Below the pieces are notes generated by a model. That model did not search any database, was not told the DNA's origin, and saw only the letters and a list, made by a program, of their open reading frames with translations. A stretch of DNA of 63,978 nt, filler included, from Dirinaria sp. TL-2023a (Eukaryota): the NCBI GenBank assembly GCA_051941275.1. It is 3 parts of 3 records of this genome, joined end to end, with 100 filler letters (N's around TTAATTAATTAA, not from the genome) between each part and the next. Parts side by side here need not be neighbours in the genome. Positions count along the whole stretch, not along the records: positions 44,928 to 63,978 come from JAVEBF010000354.1; 2 more parts are not named here. The stretch is one strand, 5' to 3'. A program made the position numbers and the translations under genes. Shown here piece by piece: positions 50,736 through 63,978 of the stretch (the first letter of the stretch is position 1; each line of letters opens with the position of its first letter).

Positions 50736-53700
50736 ATGCCCGTCTGGACGCCGGCCACAAGCTCAGATTCCGACTGGGACTTGCCCAAGATGCAGCTCAT
50801 CTATTTCAGCAATGAGTTTCCAAGAGATGACCTGCAGGACATCTTCCGTCGTCTGCACAACCACAGCAAGGACAGGCATCACCCGAACTTGGCCCGGTTC
50901 ATAGATGAGACCACCTGGGCGGTCAAGGACGAAATCCAGCGGCTGCCGACTGAGCTGAGGCAACTCATTCCACCATTCGAAACGGTGTTGAGCTGGGCAG
51001 AGAACATCGAGCTCCGGGAAGGCTTGCTCTGCGGCTCTATAGATGGAGTGTTGCTCGTCGTCGTCCAACTGGCGACGTACATTGGGTGAGTGAATTCATC
51101 TGATAGGAGCAGGAATAATCAATCCTTAACCTATGTTGTCAGATACGTCGAAAACCATCCTGAAGAGTTTGGTGATTTTGCAAACTCATGCCTTGCTGGC
51201 TTGGGCATTGGCTTGCTAGCATCAACCGCGGTCTCATTGTCATCAACGCTGGCCGAACTGCCACTAGCAGGCGCAGATGCCGTCCGTCTGGCCTTCCGCA
51301 TGGGTATCCATGTCCAGGGCGTCTCAGAAAGCTTAGAAGCCCGCGACCCCGCAGAAACTCCAGATACGTGGGCGTATGTGGTTCATAATGTCAACCCCGA
51401 TACCGCTCAAAAGGAGCTCGACACCATGCACTCCCGAGAGAAGATACCTGATACAGGAAAAATCTTTATAAGCGCCGTCAGCCGGACTTCAGTCACAGTA
51501 AGCGGACCACCCGCGAGGTTAAAGGCGCTGTTTCTTAAGTCAAACTTCTTCCGCGATTCTAAATCCATTGCGCTGCCAGTCTATGGCGGCCTTTGCCATG
51601 CACCACACATCTACGGCCCGCAGAATACGCAGACCATCGTTGATAGCAGCTCATTGAACACTCTCAGCACAAAGTCTTCGCCAGTGATACCGATCTACTC
51701 GACTAGTACCGGTGTGCCATATTCAGCCAAAAATGCCGCAGAGCTATTCGAATGCGTCATATCCGAACTACTCACCCAGAAAATTTATTGGGACCATGTC
51801 ATTGGGGGCGTGGTTGACCGAGCCAAGTTCACGGTTGCCTCCGAAGTGGTGCTGTGCTGCTTTGGCAACTCCATCCCACTTCACGATCTCCACACGGCTT
51901 TGAACAGTAGTATGCCTAACCTCGAAGTCTCGATCAACGACTTCATGCTGTGGATCTCCCAAGTCGCACCGAGAGACACAACGCCCCGCGGCACGGCACA
52001 ATCTAAGCTCGCCATCGTCGGCATGTCTTGTAGACTTCCGGGAGGCGCCACCAATACCGAGAAGTTTTGGGAGCTCCTGGAGAAGGGCCTGGACGTCTCG
52101 CGCCGAATCCCAGTCGACAGATTCGATGTTGACACTCATTACGACCCAACCGGCAAGCAGCCGAACAAGACCATGACACAGTATGGCTGCTTCATTGACG
52201 AGCCTGGCATGTTTGATGCGCCTTTTTTCAACATGTCTCCTCGCGAAGCTCAGGTTGTCGACCCGCAGATGCGTTTGGCGCTTGTCACTGCTTACGAGGC
52301 GCTGGAGCGTGCTGGCTATGTTGGCAATCGCACCGCCGCCACACAATTGCAACGCATTGGTACCTACTATGGCCAAGCTGCCGACGATTATCGTGAAGTC
52401 AACCAAGGCCAAGAGGTTAGCACATACTATATTCCCGGTGGTTGCCGTGCGTTCGGTCCCGGGCGTATTAATTACTTCTTCAAATTCGCGGGTCCGAGTT
52501 ACAGCATTGATACCGCTTGCTCTTCCGGGCTTGCAGCGATCGAGGTACGTGCTGGATCATGTGGCATTGAACCAGAAGATGCTAATAGATTGCCGTAGGT
52601 CGCCTGCCAGGCTCTTTGGAACGGCGACATCGATACCGCAGTCGCTGGCGGCCTCAATATGCTGACCAACCCAGACGGTTTCGCTGGCCTGTGCAATGGC
52701 CACTTCCTCACCAAAGGACATAACGCATGTAAGACCTGGGATGCCACCGCCGACGGGTACTGCCGTGCGGACGGTATTGGGTCTCTTGTCATCAAGAGGC
52801 TTGAAGATGCTGAAGCAGACAATGATAACATTTTGGGCGTCATCCTTGGTGCTGGGACCAATCATTCTGCAGAAGCCGTCTCCATCACCCATCCTCATGC
52901 CGGCCATCAAGCTTATCTGTCTCGCCAAGTGCTGCGCCAGGCCGGCGTGAACCCCTCGGACGTGTCGTATGTCGAGCTCCACGGCACTGGTACTCAAGCC
53001 GGTGACCATGAGGAGATGCAAGGCATTATGGATGTGTATGCACCGCTCACCAAGCGCCGCAGCAAGGACCAGCCTCTGCATATCGGCGCCGTAAAGGCGA
53101 ACGTCGGTCATGGCGAGTCTGTTGCAGGGACGACAGCATTGATTAAGGTACTTCTCATGCTCCAAAAGGGCGCCATCCCACCACATGTTGGCATCAAAAC
53201 GGAGATAAACCCCAAATTCCCCCGAGACTTTGACAAGCGCAATCTCCACATCCCGTTCGAGATGAAGTCTTGGCCAAAGATACCTGGCAAGAAGCGGCTT
53301 GCAGCTGTCAATAACTTTGGTGCTGCCGGCGGGAACACCACTATGGTCTTGGAGGAGGCACCGACTCGCGATATCACGAAGACCGATCCTCGCCAGACTC
53401 ATATTATCGCTGTTTCGGCCAAAACCCAAGGCTCGTTGGCAGGAAATATAGAGCGCTTGGCTGCCCATCTCGAAGCGCATCCAGATATCAATCTTGCCGA
53501 CCTTTCGTACACGACAACTGCACGCCGTTATCAGCACAGCCATCGTGTCGCGATTGCCACGTCCGACGTGACCCATCTGAAAAAGCAACTGGCTTCGCGC
53601 TTGCAGAATGTCGGTTCTATCAAGTCTTGTGTGAAGTCCGGCCCTCCACCAATTGCTTTCGCCTTCACTGGGCAGGGCGCTTCCTATAAGTCGATGAACC

Positions 53701-56331
53701 TAGAGTTGTACCATGATGTACCCTCATTCCGAGAGCACATCCAGCACCTTGACTCCCTCGGTCAAGGCCAAGGCTTCCCATCTTTCATTCCCGCTCTCGA
53801 TGGATCGCATCCTCAGGACCATGCGCACTCTCCAGTCGTTACTCAGCTTGCGCTGGTCTGCTCTGAGATTGCTTTGGCCAAATACTGGTCTTCTCTCGGC
53901 GTCAAGCCTGACGTGGTCATGGGCCACAGCTTGGGCGAGTATGCTGCGATGCATGTAGCTGGCGTTGTCAGCGCCAACGACGCTATATTCATGGTCGGAC
54001 GCCGTGCTCAGATGCTGCAGGAAAAATGCAAGATTGGCAGTCATACTATGTTGGCCGTTCGAGCTTCTGTTACACAGATAGCCGACAGCTCAGGGGGCAA
54101 GCCGTATACGATCGCTTGCATCAACAGTCATTCAGATACGGTGCTCAGCGGTACTAAAGAACAGATGGATGAGGTCGCTGTGCCGCTCGAGGCGGCCGGT
54201 TACCGCTGCATCAAGCTGGATGTCGCTTTTGCTTTTCACTCGGAGCAGACTGACCCAATCTTGGATGACTTCGAATCCATTTCGAAGACGGGCGTTCTCT
54301 TCCAGGAGCCAAAACTGCCTCTCATCTCACCATTGCTCGGCAAAGTTGTTTTTGACGGCAAAACACTGAACGCAAACTATGTCCGCCGGGCTACGAGAGA
54401 GGCGGTTGACTTCCTGTCTGCTCTGGAGAACGCTGAGAAGGTGTCTACCATTAGCGACGAGACTGTATGGATCGAAATCGGACCTCATCCTGTCTGCACT
54501 GGCTTCATCAAACGCACCATCCCATCCACCGAGCTCGCCATCCCATCAATCCGCCGTGGAGACGACAACTGGAAGACCATGGCTGAGGGTATGGCAGCCC
54601 TGCACCTTGCTGGTGTCGGCGTGAGCTGGAACGAGTTCCATCGGCCATTAGAGAAGAGTCTCCGCCTTCTGGATCTGCCGACGTACTCGTTTAACGACAA
54701 GAATTACTGGTTGCAGTACAATGGCGATTGGTGTTTAACCAAGGGTAATACTTTCTACACGACTGAGAAGGAGGCTGCCGGAGTCAAGGCGGCAGCAAAG
54801 GTACCTCTGATAAGCGAAATTCAGACTTCAACGGTGCAGCAGATCATCGAGCAGACTTTCAACGGCTCTGTCGGTACAGTCGTTATGCAGTCGGATCTTA
54901 TGCAGCCAGACTTCCTTGCAGCCGCTCATGGACATCGCATGAATGATTGCGGCGTTGTTACATCGGTAAGTCAATTCTTTGCACTATCGTTCGATCACAA
55001 CACGCTAACTCTTTGGGCAGTCCATCCACGCCGACATTGCCTATACCCTTGGTGACTACCTGTACCGCAAGTTGCATCCCAAGGCGAAGGATGTCAACAT
55101 GAATGTTGCCAATTTGGTCGTCACCAAGGGGCTTATCGCTCAAAACAACAAAAAGATGCCGCAGCTGCTCCGCGTGACTGCTGCGACCAACAGTGTCAAT
55201 CCAGGTGTAGTCGACTTGACATGGCAGAACGAGGACAACGACGGCAACGTCCACGAGCCGTTCGCTACCGCCAACCTTTTCTACGGCGATGCGTCTGAAT
55301 GGCTGTCCTCATGGACTCCGATTGCTCACCTTATCCACAGCCGGATCGAAGCACTCGAGCGCCTGGCTGTAGAAGGTAAAGCCAACCGCTTTTCGCGCAA
55401 CATGGCGTACACACTCTTCGCCAGTAACCTGGTAAATTACGCCGAGAAGTACCGCGGCATGCAATCCGTAGTAATGCATGAGCTGGAAGGGTTCGCTGAC
55501 GTGCAGCTTACCACTAAGGAGAGCGGCGTCTGGACCGTTCCGCCGTACTTTATCGACAGCGTGGCTCACTTGGCCGGCTTCATCATGAACTGCTCCGACG
55601 CCATGGATGCGCAGAACAACTACTGTGTCACCCCTGGTTGGAACTCGATGCGGTTCGCGAAGCCTCTGGTGCCCGGAGGCAATTATCGCTCGTATGTCAA
55701 GATGATTCCGACGGTCGAGGATCCCACGATCTACTTTGGCGATGTGTACATCATGCAGAATGATGCCATCATGGGTGTAGTCGGTGGCATCCAGTTCCGC
55801 CGCTACCCACGGATCCTGCTTAGCCGATTCTTCTCGCCGCCGGACAAGATGAGCGCCATGGAGGGCAAGCCGAAGACCACTGTATCTCAAGCTTCGCTTC
55901 CAGTGCCAGCAGCACCAAAGGTAGTCGTATCCGAGCCACAGCCGGTCGTCACTCGCGATCATTCCGGTCTTGGCAGCGGAGTTGATCAGAGTAAAGCTCT
56001 GTCTACCACCGTTCCCGCCGTCGCGCCTCCTACGATCAACAACGCCGAAACCGTCGCGGACGGTGCCGCGGCACCATCGGTAGAAGCTGCCGCCGCTTCG
56101 GGCAGCATCACTGCCAAAGCACTCTTACTCATTGCCAACGAAGCGGCCCTGGAAATTTCCGACCTGGAGGATGACGCTGGTTTCGCCGACTTGGGCATTG
56201 ACAGTCTGTTGTCGCTAGTCATCGCCGAAAAGTTCAGGACAGAGCTTGATGTCAAGGTCAGCGGCAGCCTTTTCCTGGATTACCCGACAATTGGTGATCT
56301 GCGGAAATGGTTGGAAGAGTATTACAGCTAG
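50736..56331 (+). CDS. Non-reducing polyketide synthase SAT-KS-AT-PT-ACP lacking a TE (group V, atrochrysone carboxylic acid synthase, MdpG/GedC-like), 4 exons
   Basis: SAT (FSNEFP, GLGIG, GGLCHA), KS (DTACSSG, HGTGT, KANVGH), AT ([16 protein letters not shown]), PT ([18 protein letters not shown]) and ACP (LGIDSL), ending without a release domain. Confidence 0.95.
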
Positions 56332-57591
56332 AGAAGAGAGAGAGAGGGACAAAGATTGAGGTGACGCGAATTGTATTTGACTTGCATATGTAAGCGAGGC
56401 TTGGCGTGATGGCGATGCCTCGGCTCAAGCTCGGATGCCAGGGGTGACTTTGTTAGACCGGGGTAGGCAATAATCTTTCAGAAAGGAGTCAGTAGTAAGT
56501 AGTACAGTAGATAGATAGATAGAGCGGAACCGCCTAGAAGTATGGTTGCTATCAGTCTGTTACATCTCACAGTGTCTGCACAAGCTCCAATCTCTGCATC
56601 TCCTCTCTCTCTCTCTGTCAATGCAAGCATACCAAATCCCCCGCCTTTACCATCGAGATGGAATACAACAAATGGACCTAACACGAAGACTATTACAAGG
56701 ACATAGTAATACAGGTGTGTCTCCTCCGCTCAATCAAACATAGAAATGCACATTATCATCGATAATAGTATAAGTAAGTATAAGTAAAAAGCCAGACTGA
56801 AATATCCTAAAAAAAAATGTCCCCGCAACCGTCCTAAGGTAGGGGATCTATCTTTTCCCTGTGTCTTCTCTTCCCAATGAATATCGCAAGCTGCCATTAT
56901 TTCGATTGCCCTTTTCACTCCACTTTGTGAATTGAACGTATTGATTCGAGTCGGCTTTCTGTTGGGATGAGGCAAGTAACGTAAGGTAAGAAGGTAAGAT
57001 ATCTCATGGCGCTCACAGCCCAACAGGCGTTAGGGGAGAGAAAGGAGGGGCGTGAGAAAAAAGTTAATCGAGTCTGCGGAATCTAAAGTAAAGGGTTAGG
57101 GAGGTACCTGGTTGAGCTACTGTAGTTACTTTACCGATAGGTACTTATATCAGTGTCATATGCGAGGATCATCCTATACAACTTTCAAAAAAAAAAAAAA
57201 AAAAAAAAAAAGGTAGTGCAGTAACCGGTGATGTTTGGAAGCAGGTAGTAAGTAGCAGTAAAATTGTCCCAAAAAAGCATTCCCTCCAACGAATCGCATG
57301 CCCCGTCTTTGCATTTGCCATTTGCCTTTCCCTTACCCACACATGACTTATAACCATTGCAAACAAAGTTCTCACGAAGGTTTGCAACTTCCCTCACCCT
57401 TCATTTCGTGGAGATATGATCTGGGTTCTCGTCGATGGGCTGCCACGCTGCCTGAAATTTGTGCATAGATTGTCGTAATTTTCTTCCCTGAGATATCCGT
57501 TCTACCTATCTAAATCATCCATTTTGCCGTGGCCGTGATGGGGGTTCGCATTCGAAAAGGGAGCGCGAGGGATCCATACAGTTTCGTGCTT

Positions 57592-60080
57592 CTATCGGAA
57601 ACGGGCAGTACAGCGGCCCATGATTTCGCCTTGGCAGACGAGCTCGGCGTTGAATTCGGAGCCGTCAAGTGCGAGGAGGATGTCGAAGTACACACCTAAA
57701 CGAAACCGAGATTAGTAAATGAAATGGGGAACATGGTTGGCTATGGATTTATTAGGGGGGAAAGTAGCATACGGTAGAATGTGCCCTGCGGCGTATCCAT
57801 GCGCTCAAAGTCCTTCTCCAAGTTCTTGCGTGACAGGTCGGAGGTCAAGGTAACCACCTCTTTGATGCCTAATGCTTGAATATTAGCAAAGGCACGTGGC
57901 GTTCTCTAAGGTAACAACGTCTTGACTTACGTGGGTCTTTGGTGTACTCCGGACAAACATCTTCATCACATGCATATAGAATATCCTCGTACATCAAGGT
58001 CGCCCCCGGCGCCACCTGCCTGAAAAACCCGACCTTCACCGGTTCGCCAATCTTGACCCTTTGACCTTTTTGCACAAATATCTGCCTTGTGTACTTGCAT
58101 CGATCTTTGCCGTCTAAGCTTGGCACACGATATTGTTCGGGGTGATGGCCTTCTTTGAACGGCTGAAGGGTAGCCATAAGGTAATGGCGACGAGCAACAC
58201 GAGATGTAACGACTCGCTCAGTAATACCGGCTGTCACAGCGCCTTTGACGATAGCGGCGACGGAGTCCATGGGCCGGACCACTTTTTGTTGGAATTGAGG
58301 TGGGACGTGAAGTTTGATTTGTTGGAAAAGGTATTCTGAGGCACCGAAACCGCCGACAACAAGCACGTTCTATAGTATTTTCATTAGCGCAAAGGTATAG
58401 ATATTCCAGCATTTGTCCCAGCTTACCTGCAATATCCTGTTTTGGGCTTGGATGGCAATGATCTGGTTGCGGACAAGCTCAAGGATACGGTTGACGACTG
58501 GTTCGAAGCATTGCAAGATCTCCTCATTCGTGAAAGTCATGTAGCCCTCCTCAATACCAGCTTCCGGAAATTCAGCCTCGATGCCAACATCCACAGCCCA
58601 TTTCTGTCCGTTGTTTCTGAAATCTGCCTTTATCCGGTTCTCAAAGTCCATTATACACTTGGCATAGACCTTTCCAGCCGTTCTTGATCCATCAGGCAAT
58701 TTCATCTTCCGAATCTTTGCTCTGAGAATGTTGCTAAAATTTCGGTTGAGCGCGGTAGAGCCACATGAGTCTCCAGACCCAGCCGTACATTCTGCAACTG
58801 TAAAAGGCGTTTCTTCCTCGACCTCGTAAGCGATCAGATCCACTGTTCCACCTCCGCAGTCGACAATCAGTACAGCATCTCTTATTTTGAGATTCAGAAG
58901 TCCAGTCTTTGAGCAGAACATTGCAGCAGCTTCAGGCTCGGTGACGAGGGTCAGTCGATTGTCGTTCTCGTCTCTTAAGAAGCCTGCCTGGATAGCTGCA
59001 GCTCTCGTTGCGGCCTTACCGGCGTCGTTCCAAATCGCAGGCACAGTAAGGAAGTATCTGATGTTGCGCTCTTCGCGGTTGAAAACTTCACCAAGCGTCT
59101 TTTGCAATTGGTTGCGCATCGCTTGCCGCAGCTTGAACAGATAATCGGCTGCGACATCGATTTCAGACTTTCCGGGAGGAAGAGGTGGGAGATTGATAGG
59201 GTCGATGTAGGTGTTGCCAGAAAGCATGAGCTGGAGCTTAAACCACTCCACCTTTTGTACGCCTGGCTTGGGGTACCCTGTTGGAGCAAGCGCATCTGCT
59301 ATATCAGGTCCCCATCCGACAACTTTCTGGTACTGGTCATAGTAGAGGACTGTGGGGATCTATAACTTTCAGTATTTGCTGCACTAAGCCGACTGTTCTG
59401 ATGCTCTACCTTTTGCTTTGTTTGATTACCCGCACCTGGCCATTCTGTAATAATATCCTCCTTCGCCTCCGTATTTGTCGCAAATGCGAATGCAACGCCC
59501 GAAAATGTAGTCCCCTACACAAAATGGTCAGTTTCTCGTCTTATAATTAGGCGCATGGATCGGGCCGCACAAAATCAATGCCAACAATCAACTGCGCTTT
59601 ACTTCTTCCCGCTCCCTCGACTTCGACCGGGGGGCCACGACCATACGGTGCCAATGTTGGTTGAGGCGCACCGCCATGTATTCCGTTCGGTTGGGCGTAT
59701 CCACCTCCGTATCCTGGTGGCTGCACATTGCCGCCAGCTAGAGCCGGGTGGCCTTGGGTGTAGCCTCCGGTATTGATGGGCGGAGGGTGATGCGTCACTT
59801 GCTGCTGAGGAGGGGGAGGAGGCGGAAGTGGACTCGCTGCCCTGGGAGCGTTTGGATTGTAGGTGTAGCTGGGAGGGCGGCCGAGGCCGTTCGCCTGCTG
59901 ATTCATGGGTAGACTGGTGGTGGAGGAGGTGCTGCCGGTCGGTGTGTGGACAGCGCCCGGAGCGGGGATGGTTTGAAGATTAGTTGTCGGCGTCGGCGTC
60001 GGCTGGTTGTTACTTGCGTTTCTATTGGGCTGCCGCTTGGAACCAAAGGAAGCACCGAATTGTTTGAATCGGGAGGTCAT
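57592..60080 (-). CDS. Fungal Hsp70-like (HSPA12-type) actin-like ATPase with Pro/Gln-rich N-terminus, multi-exon
   Basis: LIVGIDF/GTTFSG, LTVPAIWND, TEPEAAA, IVDCGGGTVD and LVVGGFGASEYL; C-terminus GEIMGRCTARFR*. Confidence 0.9.
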
Positions 60081-61441
60081 CAGGTCGAAGTGCGTCGCAT
60101 GAAGGGTGAAGAGTGAAAAAGGTCGTGAAGGGGTTTAAGGTTAATAATGTAACGTCAAAGAGGGACAGTGAAAACGGCACCCAAGGAATCAAAGTAATAA
60201 TAATCTCGGACGATGTGGATAGAATGTCGGGGAATGCGATTTGCTAGAGCCCAGGTTGTCAGATAGCTGGAAGGAGTAAGGAGGACTTGAATTTCGATTT
60301 AGTGCAAAATGGTGAGATAGTCGGGCCTTGGGGTGGAGCCTAGGCCAAGCTGAGTTTGCTGTCCGGAATAACGATCAGGTACGAGTACAGTGATGATCAA
60401 GAGGCAAGATGGGGGCTTGGAATGGTGGGGGACTTTGCGCTGAGGGACTGCGAGGGACTTTGCGAGGGGCTGGAGGGGTTTAGAGGAGTTGGTGGAGTGG
60501 AAAACTGGTGGAGGACTGGTAGAGGACTGGGCTGGTGGAGGACTGGGCGGAGCAGTTCCCAGTCGCTTGGTACAGTAGAGTACAGTACCTTCGTGAGGGA
60601 AGGGAAGGATGATAATTTTACTCCTGAGGCTCAGACCGATGCTCCTGTAATCATTCAGTCGTAGTGTTGCTGATCAGCTATAATTGGCAGAGATCGAAAT
60701 CATCATTATTCACATCAAGATCTACCGGCATGACAATTTTCAGTCGTAAAGTAAGTCTGGCCACGAGGGTTTTCACCCGTGGGTGTTCACCCGTGGGTGA
60801 AGGATGCCCCCATGAGCCGAGAGCCCATCTCTTCTTCCATCTGAGGCTCACTGGCGTGGCGGATTTCGCTACCAGGCTTGGCGAATGCATGATGGAACGA
60901 GTGGGACAGTCTGATACGTGGGCATCTCTGGGGGGCCCGGAGAGCTAATGCGACCTATTGGGCCGCCTTCATCCACAGCCGTCCGCCAGTTCGCTGCAAT
61001 CTGGAATTCGGAATCCTACCCCGCCAAATCTTCTGACGAAAATCTAGCCATCAAGTCATCTACCTTGTTATTAGAATGCTCTTACTACTAAGTTTTGCAT
61101 GTCCCAACACTACAACATCAAAGAGTCCGAAGGTGGGTTGACATCTCTACTATCGGTAGACAGAGTACCTCAGCGTAGGGTATAGATTTCCTTATCGTGT
61201 TACTGCTACAGCAACCATTCACCACTTCAAAACCCTCGTTCCAATCATACAGAATTCGTGAATTCATCTTCTCACGCTTAAAGCTGTGCATGCGCCTTCC
61301 CCTGCAGGTCTCTTCTATTCATTCCGAACTTCTTCACTCGTCCGAGTCATTTTCATTTCTGCTTAGCTCCTCCGATCCCACTTGCGGAAGCGTGCCTCTG
61401 CTTCTCCTATCTCTCCAAGGCCGTGGATATTGAATCCCCAC

Positions 61442-61999
61442 TCATTGAAGAGCAAAAACGCCCAGAGGGGCCATGAGAAGTGCGAAATTCGATGCGGAGC
61501 CGCGGTGGCCAGCATTGGTGGCCTTTGCTTGTGCTGCCGTGGTCCTGGTGGGTGTTGATGGTCCGCCGGTGCTTGTCGCTCGCACTTGGCCGGCGCCTGC
61601 ACACAGCGCAGGGTGCGTGATAGTTTTATAGCCGGTGGTGCTCTCGAGTGGAGTCACGGTACGGATGTTGCCAGCGCATTCGCTCGAGATGCTGTCGTAT
61701 GCCTCCCCGGTCCAGCTGATGCTATTTGTGCTCGCACCCGAAATTGTCTGATAACAGAGACAGCTCGCCTGGTCACTCCGTGGTAATGCGGCAATTGTAG
61801 GAGTCTGCTGAGCGCATCCGTTGGCAATACTTAGCCACTGCATGCATGCCGACGACGCTTTCGCAATAGCGGCGGTGTTCGTCGAATTGATCTCACCGTT
61901 GTTGATGAAAGCGCCATTCGATTGCGTCGGGGTCGGCTCTGAGCCTAGCACAACGAGAGCATTGGCCAGAAGCGTTGCGAATTGCAGTACGAAACGCAT
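61442..61999 (-). CDS. Small secreted Cys-containing, Ser/Thr-rich, probably GPI-anchored surface protein
   Basis: Signal peptide, 6 Cys including QASCLCY, S/T-rich stalk, hydrophobic C-terminus FALLMAPLGVFAL. Confidence 0.75.
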   Translation of the reverse strand: MRFVLQFATLLANALVVLGSEPTPTQSNGAFINNGEINSTNTAAIAKASSACMQWLSIANGCAQQTPTIAALPRSDQASCLCYQTISGASTNSISWTGEAYDSISSECAGNIRTVTPLESTTGYKTITHPALCAGAGQVRATSTGGPSTPTRTTAAQAKATNAGHRGSASNFALLMAPLGVFALQ

Positions 62000-62286
62000 G
62001 ATGCTAGATCTGTTTGGGCTGTGGAGGAGTAGCTATAGGTATGTACGTGTATGAGGGATGATGTGTGAGAAGTCGAAAGTATTTATCGTTCAGGACACTC
62101 GATGGTGCCATGACTTGGTCCGTGTTATAATTATCGATTAAAAGAGGATTTCGACAGCCTAACAATTGCAGAATCCTGCAATGAAGGCTGTGAAATGCAT
62201 CGTTCAAACTCCAGAGCCTAAAATAAGTCAGGTCAAATAAAGTAGGCGGCTGAACAGCTCGTTGGCTTGGCGCACTTGCACAGCAC

Positions 62287-63709
62287 TCAGTTCTCACATT
62301 TCTTCTTCGCTATCCAGTGCGACAAGCGATATGTATTCAGCAGCAGGCTTTCAGGATTCTGGATGTACCCGGCTTCGCCTTCTCTAAGCTCATGCTTCGT
62401 TATCTCGAAACCCATCAGCTCGACCAGTAGCAGAACCTCCTGAACCGTCAGCTCCACACTGCCAGGCTCATCTACACCTTCCCCATCGCCTCTGTCTCTT
62501 CGATCCGTCACTTCTGTATTGTCTTTCGGTGCACGATCGCTAAAATGCCATAGCAACGGGCCGACGTTGATCCATACTCCACCAGGCTTCAGGCAATTGT
62601 GAACGACCTCCATATATCGGATGACGTTCGGCGCTGTATCAATGAAGAAGACAGATGCTACCACATCGAACATCTCGCGGCATTCTTCACCTCCGTAGTG
62701 GGAAACAAAATCGGATGCAGTCATACTCATCCTTTGAAAAGCATGCGTCGGTGTTGAGACACTTGCCACTTCCAATTCAGTGGCAGGATGAACGTCCGGA
62801 ATCTTCATAGATCTTAGCTGGTGTGACCGGCTGATTACATTGTTAAAATCCAGGGCAAAGGGGAAGAGCGTGTATTGTTCGGCCCTTTGGCAGTGGTTTA
62901 ACACCCAAGAGCTGGCCACTAGTTGGTGGTAGGAAATTTCATTACCCTCAACAGTGTAGCCGCTTTTGCACAGCTCGAACACCAGACGGCCAAGTCCGGC
63001 TCCCGGAACGAGAATTTTGATCTTTCCCTTATCGACAACATCAGCGTTGAGTTGATGGACGTCCTGCAGCACAGGCTCATTGCAAGCACGACGCTCAGCA
63101 GCACCTTCCGCACTCCAGTCGCGATAGAATTGCTTGATCGTTGTTCGGGCTTTACCCATATCCTCAGCAGAGGCAGTCCCTCTCCAGTCTCTGTCCGGAC
63201 TCTGCGGACTTTCGGCGAGAGCGAACCCTGGTAGACCATTCTTAAGGATCTGGTCTGCTATATCTCCGTTGGCATCTATGGCGTCGTCAACGCTCTCTAG
63301 GGTTGATAAAATATTGAACGGTGGCTTGGATAGCATTTGCCAGTGTCGAGACTTCATAGCATAAAAATTCTGCCTTCGGCGATGCGTTACATTGTAATGC
63401 GCGGTCTTTCGATATCGGCTATTTTCAATGACGCTTTAGCATTTGCATTCGTGAGTCTGGCGGGTCCTCAAAACACGGCGGCAGTGATAATGAACCATAC
63501 GGGGACCAGTTTGGATTTGCATAGACCCATGGCCGTGAAAGAGAAGATGAAGTAGAAAACGAAATAGGAGATCGGGGTAAGGACTTGCCATACAACCCTC
63601 TTGAGCGGACTTATACGACCTACCTGAACGAATCCAGCGCCCCAAAGAGCACTCTCCGCTCCTCAGGGTCCGCCAACGGGTCGTAGTCTCCATTCCACTC
63701 TTCACCCAT
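62287..63709 (-). CDS. Carnosine N-methyltransferase-like (N2227 family), 2 exons
   Basis: TIKQFYRDWSAEGAAER, ILVPGAGLGRL, GNEISYHQL, FFIDTAPN and WINVGPLLWHF; exon 1 is MGEEWNGDYDPLADPEERRVLF. Confidence 0.9.
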
Positions 63710-63978
63710 CGTCCAGCCGCATGATCAGGTCAATTAGAGATGACTCTTGAATTACCCATCTAAGGTGCGCGGAAAGCCAGAGCAGCGTAGTGAAGTGACG
63801 AGAATTCCATAGCTACAAGTAGCTAGAGGTAGGTATCACAAATCAAAAAGTAAGGTACGGCATAAATAAGGTAGTGACCTATCTCGGACATAAGCCCTAA
63901 GTCTCCGAATCTACCGAACTTCACCCTCTTTCCTCCCCATCAACCATCAACCCATAAGGTCCCATACAACAGCAACAC

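Noticed and set aside
52557..53588. 343-aa antisense ORF, and other long antisense ORFs over the PKS, PEX5, RanGAP and sedolisin
   Set aside because: Shadow frames of GC-rich coding sequence with no recognisable motifs.

Overview
Eukaryotic genomic DNA from a filamentous ascomycete, with GT-AG introns and CTRAC branch sites. The window consists of three contigs joined by two artificial 100-nt spacers (N44-TTAATTAATTAA-N44 at 22373-22472 and 44828-44927), so adjacency across them is not established. Contig 1 (1-22372) is gene-sparse and accessory-like: two PTH11/rhodopsin-family membrane proteins, a secreted SnoaL-like protein, an F-box protein, a secreted hybrid-type heme peroxidase and secreted Cys-containing proteins. 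Contig 2 is housekeeping-dense: PEX5, an RRM protein, an S53 sedolisin, NUS1, SEC10, RanGAP, a GNAT, a PARP, ALG6 and a tRNA-Tyr. Contig 3 holds an emodin/atrochrysone-type anthraquinone core (EthD protein, metallo-beta-lactamase thioesterase, TE-less non-reducing PKS), then an Hsp70-like protein, a GPI-type protein and a carnosine N-methyltransferase-like gene. The standout observation is the tRNA-Tyr(GUA) gene at 42448-42594 (minus strand). Besides a normal 12-nt anticodon intron, it carries a 61-nt spliceosomal-type intron (GTAAGT...CTAAC...TAG) inside the T-stem, and precise removal of it restores a perfectly paired T-stem and acceptor stem. All gene models were read by eye; exon boundaries and family calls were not checked computationally.
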